From a virus (Duplodnaviria; Caudoviricetes): 29,267 nucleotides of DNA. Numbering within the stretch: position 1 is the first letter of the stretch; every line of letters starts with the position of its first letter. The stretch covers positions 1 to 29,267 of IMG/VR virus record IMGVR_UViG_3300046817_000630, one strand, 5' to 3'. A program made the translations under genes and the position numbers. The notes below the pieces were generated by a model that did not search any database, was not told the origin of the DNA, and was given only the letters and a program-made list of their open reading frames with translations. Below are positions 25,901 to 29,267 of this stretch, piece by piece.

Positions 25901-26548
25901 ATGAAAAAACTTCTGCTCCTCTCCTCTGCCCTGGTTGGAGTGGCCCTCGTGGCCACTTCCATTCACGCACAGGTCAATACAGTTCCACAGGTCGGTGTGC
26001 TGTCCAACTATCAAGGCAAAACCACATACTCATCGGCATTCGTTGGACTCGTGCCAGTCACATCTGGAACCGATGTGATCTGTATCGCCGGTTCGGCGAC
26101 CAAAACTGTGAAACTTCAGAGTCTCAAGATCTCTGGAACCACAGCAACTGCAGTACAATCACTGCCAGTTGTTCTACTGAAACGAACGGTGGCTGATACA
26201 GGTGGAACGGCAGCCTCAACCACTGCCAACCCTGGCACGACGACTCAGATCATGAGCCGCTCGGCCACCAATGCAGCAGCCAGTGCCACACTCATCTCCT
26301 ATGTGGCCAATCCAACTATCACCGACACTGCCCCAACCTACTTGGATGCAGCTTCGTTGACCATGCCAGTAGTAACAACTGCAGCTATCATTGTGCCCTT
26401 GGTCTTCGACTATGCCAGAGACAATGCCAATCTATTGCAGCCACCAACCTTGACTGGAGCTGCAATGCAAATCTGCGCCAACATCCAGGGCGTTACAGTC
26501 ACTAATGCCTCTGTTTGGAATGGCTCGCTCACCTGGACTGAGGAATAG
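25901..26548 (+). CDS. Signal-peptide-bearing Thr-rich beta protein (decoration-like)
   Basis: MKKLLLLSSALVGVALVATSIHA|Q; 2 Cys; ends LTWTEE. Confidence 0.75.
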   Translation: MKKLLLLSSALVGVALVATSIHAQVNTVPQVGVLSNYQGKTTYSSAFVGLVPVTSGTDVICIAGSATKTVKLQSLKISGTTATAVQSLPVVLLKRTVADTGGTAASTTANPGTTTQIMSRSATNAAASATLISYVANPTITDTAPTYLDAASLTMPVVTTAAIIVPLVFDYARDNANLLQPPTLTGAAMQICANIQGVTVTNASVWNGSLTWTEE

Positions 26549-26553
26549 CGAAC

Positions 26554-26955
26554 ATGCAATATCGACTCGACGCTCAACACTACATCGATGATATGTTGCT
26601 GGAACCTGGAACCGTCATTGGAGATGATTCTGGCAGCATCGCCTATCGCTATGTGCAGGACACTGATGATGGCAGGGGTGGTGTGGCCAAAAAGGGTTCC
26701 CCGCGCCCGCCCTCACGACAGATGACCCCACTCGATGATGAGGCCAAAAAGTTGTACTCGGACTACTTTGGAACGACCGCGCCCGAACGCGATCCGACCA
26801 AGGCGATTCCAGTACAGGGTACGGGCTCAGAGGCCAAGGTTCTTCCGCCAGGCGCTCCAAGGCCTGGGCTCGATGATCACTACAAAAGACCCATGGTGAA
26901 TGAGCCAGACTCCAAACCCAAACCAATGTTCTCCCCGCCCGAAGACAAAAAGTAA
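26554..26955 (+). CDS. Hypothetical head-region protein
   Basis: YRL..HYIDD.LL..G and MTPLDDEA; no signal peptide. Confidence 0.7.
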   Translation: MQYRLDAQHYIDDMLLEPGTVIGDDSGSIAYRYVQDTDDGRGGVAKKGSPRPPSRQMTPLDDEAKKLYSDYFGTTAPERDPTKAIPVQGTGSEAKVLPPGAPRPGLDDHYKRPMVNEPDSKPKPMFSPPEDKK

Positions 26956-26966
26956 GGACCACGCTG

Positions 26967-28496
26967 ATGAAACTCAGGACATCGCTTATCATCGCATCTG
27001 GCCTTGTCCTGGGTGGCATTGGCCTCGCCCCATTGGTGGCTCAGGTCCTCCCACAACCTGGGCCGCCAGTTCCCATTGCATGTGCATACAATGCATCTCC
27101 AGTCACTCTGACTGATGGCCAAGCTGGCTGGGTCCAATGCACTAATGCGGGCAAAGTCCAAGTTGATGCATCAGTCACAGCAACTGCCTCAATCACTGGC
27201 TTTCCAGGTGCCAGTCCAACAACTGGTACACCAATCTCGGTAACGACGGGTGGCGTAACAGGAACATTGCCATCTGGTGCGGTTGTGGTTGCTTCTAATG
27301 TTGGGACCACCAATCTTGCCTATTGCAAACTGGGCGCGACTGCAACCACCAGTGATCAGCCATTGGCTCCTAATGGTGGCTGGTTTGCCTTTACGGTTGG
27401 TGGCGCTACACAACTGACTTGCATAACAGGAACATCTACAACTACTGTAAATATGGTTGGTGGGTCGGGCCTACCAACTGGAACGGGTGGTGGGGGTGGC
27501 GGTTCGTCGGGCGGTGGTGGCGCGATCACAGCCGCCTCAGGATCATATGCCTCGGGCGCGCTCTCATCAGGTTCGGTTGCTTCGGGCGCGTTCGCTTCTG
27601 GTGCTCTGGCATCCGGTTCGGTTGCTTCTGGCGCTATGGTTGATCTCGGCGCAGTTGCCGATGCAGCTTCCACAGCTGGCGGTACTGGAACTCTCTCAGC
27701 CAAACTACGATTGATGACCACACAATTGGGTAGTCTAACTTTGGCACAGGGCTCAACCACGAGCGGTCAAACGGGCAACCTTGCCATGGGTGCAGTTACA
27801 ACAGCTTCACCAAGCTACACAACTGCCCAATCCAGTCCCCTCAGTTTGGACACAACGGGTGCCTTGCGCGTTAATGTAACTGCTGGTGGTGCTGGTGGTG
27901 GTGCTGTCACAGTTGCCGATGGGGCTGATGTCACCCAAGGTGCCAATGCCGATGCAGCAGCAACAGCAGGCAGCACCGGAACCGTTTCGGCCAAACTCCG
28001 ATTGGTGACCTCACAGCTTGGCACGATCGCAACCAACACAGGCTCGGCCATTCCAGCTGGATCAGCGATCATTGGCAAAGTCAGTATTGATCAGACTACC
28101 CCAGGCACAACCAATGCCGTTCAAACAATCGCTGGCACGACGGGCGGCTCATCCACAACTGGAAACATTGCTGCCAACAACACCACAGCAGTCGTTGTAA
28201 AGGCCAGTGCCGGGACGCTCTATGGCGTTCAGATGTATGGCATTGGCTCTGCGCCAGCCTATTTGAAAATTTACAACGCCACATCTGCAACATGCGGGTC
28301 TGGTACTCCAGTCAAGCGTCTGATGATCCCAGCAGCCTCAACTGCTGCCAACGGTGCTGGCTCTAATATTTCGTTTGGCGATATCGGAATTGCCTTTGGA
28401 ACTGGCATCACCTACTGCGTCACTACCGGCATCACCGATGCCGACACGACAGCACCAGCCGCCTCGACGTTCCTTGTGAATCTGGATTGGAAGTGA
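26967..28496 (+). CDS. Signal-peptide-bearing Gly/Ala/Thr-rich fibre-like protein
   Basis: MKLRTSLIIASGLVLGGIGLAPLVA|Q; 6 Cys; internal repeats; C-terminal beta domain VKASAGTLYG...AYLKIYN. Confidence 0.8.
   Translation: MKLRTSLIIASGLVLGGIGLAPLVAQVLPQPGPPVPIACAYNASPVTLTDGQAGWVQCTNAGKVQVDASVTATASITGFPGASPTTGTPISVTTGGVTGTLPSGAVVVASNVGTTNLAYCKLGATATTSDQPLAPNGGWFAFTVGGATQLTCITGTSTTTVNMVGGSGLPTGTGGGGGGSSGGGGAITAASGSYASGALSSGSVASGAFASGALASGSVASGAMVDLGAVADAASTAGGTGTLSAKLRLMTTQLGSLTLAQGSTTSGQTGNLAMGAVTTASPSYTTAQSSPLSLDTTGALRVNVTAGGAGGGAVTVADGADVTQGANADAAATAGSTGTVSAKLRLVTSQLGTIATNTGSAIPAGSAIIGKVSIDQTTPGTTNAVQTIAGTTGGSSTTGNIAANNTTAVVVKASAGTLYGVQMYGIGSAPAYLKIYNATSATCGSGTPVKRLMIPAASTAANGAGSNISFGDIGIAFGTGITYCVTTGITDADTTAPAASTFLVNLDWK
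27534..28022 (+). repeat. Coding repeats: 7x pentapeptide [AS]SG[SA]x and 2x 28-aa unit
   Basis: Pentapeptides at 27534-27638; 28-aa units at 27648-27731 and 27939-28022 (22/28 aa identical). Confidence 0.85.
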
Positions 28497-29266
28497 TGCG
28501 CTACATTCTATCTGTAGCTCTGCTGATCGTTGGTATTCTCTGTCTTGAACAGAGGCCCCGCGCACAGTTATCTATGACTGGAGTTGGTGGGGGCTTCGGT
28601 GGAGCCGCTGCCTACCAAGGCCCCGGCGACATCATCCCCGGTGCAATAGCTTGGTGGGGTTTGCGCTGCTACACTGCAGCCTACACTGGAAATGTCGCAG
28701 ACATCTATTCGCCTTCAGATGCCCTACACACATTGCTTACGTGTTCAATAGGCGGTGGGATCAACGAAACCATCACCCCACTAGCAACAACCTGCGCAGT
28801 TAGCTGCACAGTCCAAACTCTCTATGATCAGGCTGGTCTTACTTCGTGTGATAATGGTGTGCCAGCAGAATGCGACGCGATCGAGGCTACAGAGGCAAAC
28901 CGGCCTACTCTTTCTCTATCTTGTGTGGGCGGTCGATATTGTATGCAAGGAAGTGGAAGTCAGGCTCTAAAAACGCCCGCTCTTGCCAGTCCTGCTTCTC
29001 AGCCAAACTTTGTAGCACAAGTAGTTGACCGTACGGGGAATTTTACAAGTACAAGCGGTGTCTTTGGCGATATCAATGGGCTGGCTGCTTTTGATTTTGC
29101 TAACAGTACAAATATGCTTCTACTATATGCTGGTGCTTCACTCACAGCAACAGCTGCAGACAGCACATGGCATACCGTACAGTTTACACTAAATGGAGGT
29201 TCATCCGAAATCATAGTAGATGGCGGAACTCCTACTACTGGAGCTGCAGGCGCAGGGGTAATGTCT
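28496..29266 (+). CDS. Signal-peptide-bearing ConA/LamG-like (arabinofuranosidase-B-like) protein, 3'-truncated (not in ORF track)
   Basis: Starts at the TGATG overlap and is open to the window end: MRYILSVALLIVGILCLEQRPRA|QLSMTGVGGG...YQGPGDI..AWWGLR..TLYDQ..WHTVQFTLNG..IIVDG; 8 Cys in the visible mature part. Confidence 0.78.
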   Translation, partial: MRYILSVALLIVGILCLEQRPRAQLSMTGVGGGFGGAAAYQGPGDIIPGAIAWWGLRCYTAAYTGNVADIYSPSDALHTLLTCSIGGGINETITPLATTCAVSCTVQTLYDQAGLTSCDNGVPAECDAIEATEANRPTLSLSCVGGRYCMQGSGSQALKTPALASPASQPNFVAQVVDRTGNFTSTSGVFGDINGLAAFDFANSTNMLLLYAGASLTATAADSTWHTVQFTLNGGSSEIIVDGGTPTTGAAGAGVMS

Positions 29267-29267
29267 G

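Noticed and set aside
28496-28560. Lipoprotein signal (GILC) in the last ORF
   Set aside because: Leu at -1 does not fit the lipobox ([LVI][ASTVI][GAS]C); an SPase I site at PRA|Q is more plausible, though not certain.
19137-29267. Diversity-generating retroelement as in BPP-1
   Set aside because: No reverse transcriptase or TR/VR pair seen in this window.
1-29267. tRNA, rRNA, integrase or att site
   Set aside because: None recognisable by eye, and no flanking host genes, so prophage status cannot be judged.

Overview
Part of a tailed dsDNA phage genome with a BPP-1/APSE-type podovirus head module; the host is probably an alphaproteobacterium (inference). Layout: the end of a lysis cassette (+, 1-1589); a long leftward arm (-, 1590-17035) carrying a P-loop helicase-like gene, a family A DNA polymerase split into UDG/exonuclease and polymerase genes by a cytosine-methyltransferase-like gene, an SSB-like/Sak4-like/Cas4-like recombination module, HIRAN, SAM-methyltransferase and PEP-CTERM-like genes and many small early genes; an A24 tract flanked by inverted repeats at about 16.2 kb (candidate origin); a strand switch at 17.1-17.4 kb; then the rightward late genes (terminase, portal, glycosyltransferase, scaffold, major capsid, cement). 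Top observation: three genes right after the capsid genes encode decoration/fibre-like proteins with Sec-type signal peptides, all apparently cleaved Ala|Gln, and even numbers of cysteines, suggesting export and periplasmic folding of virion-module proteins. All family assignments are motif recognition by eye, not database hits.
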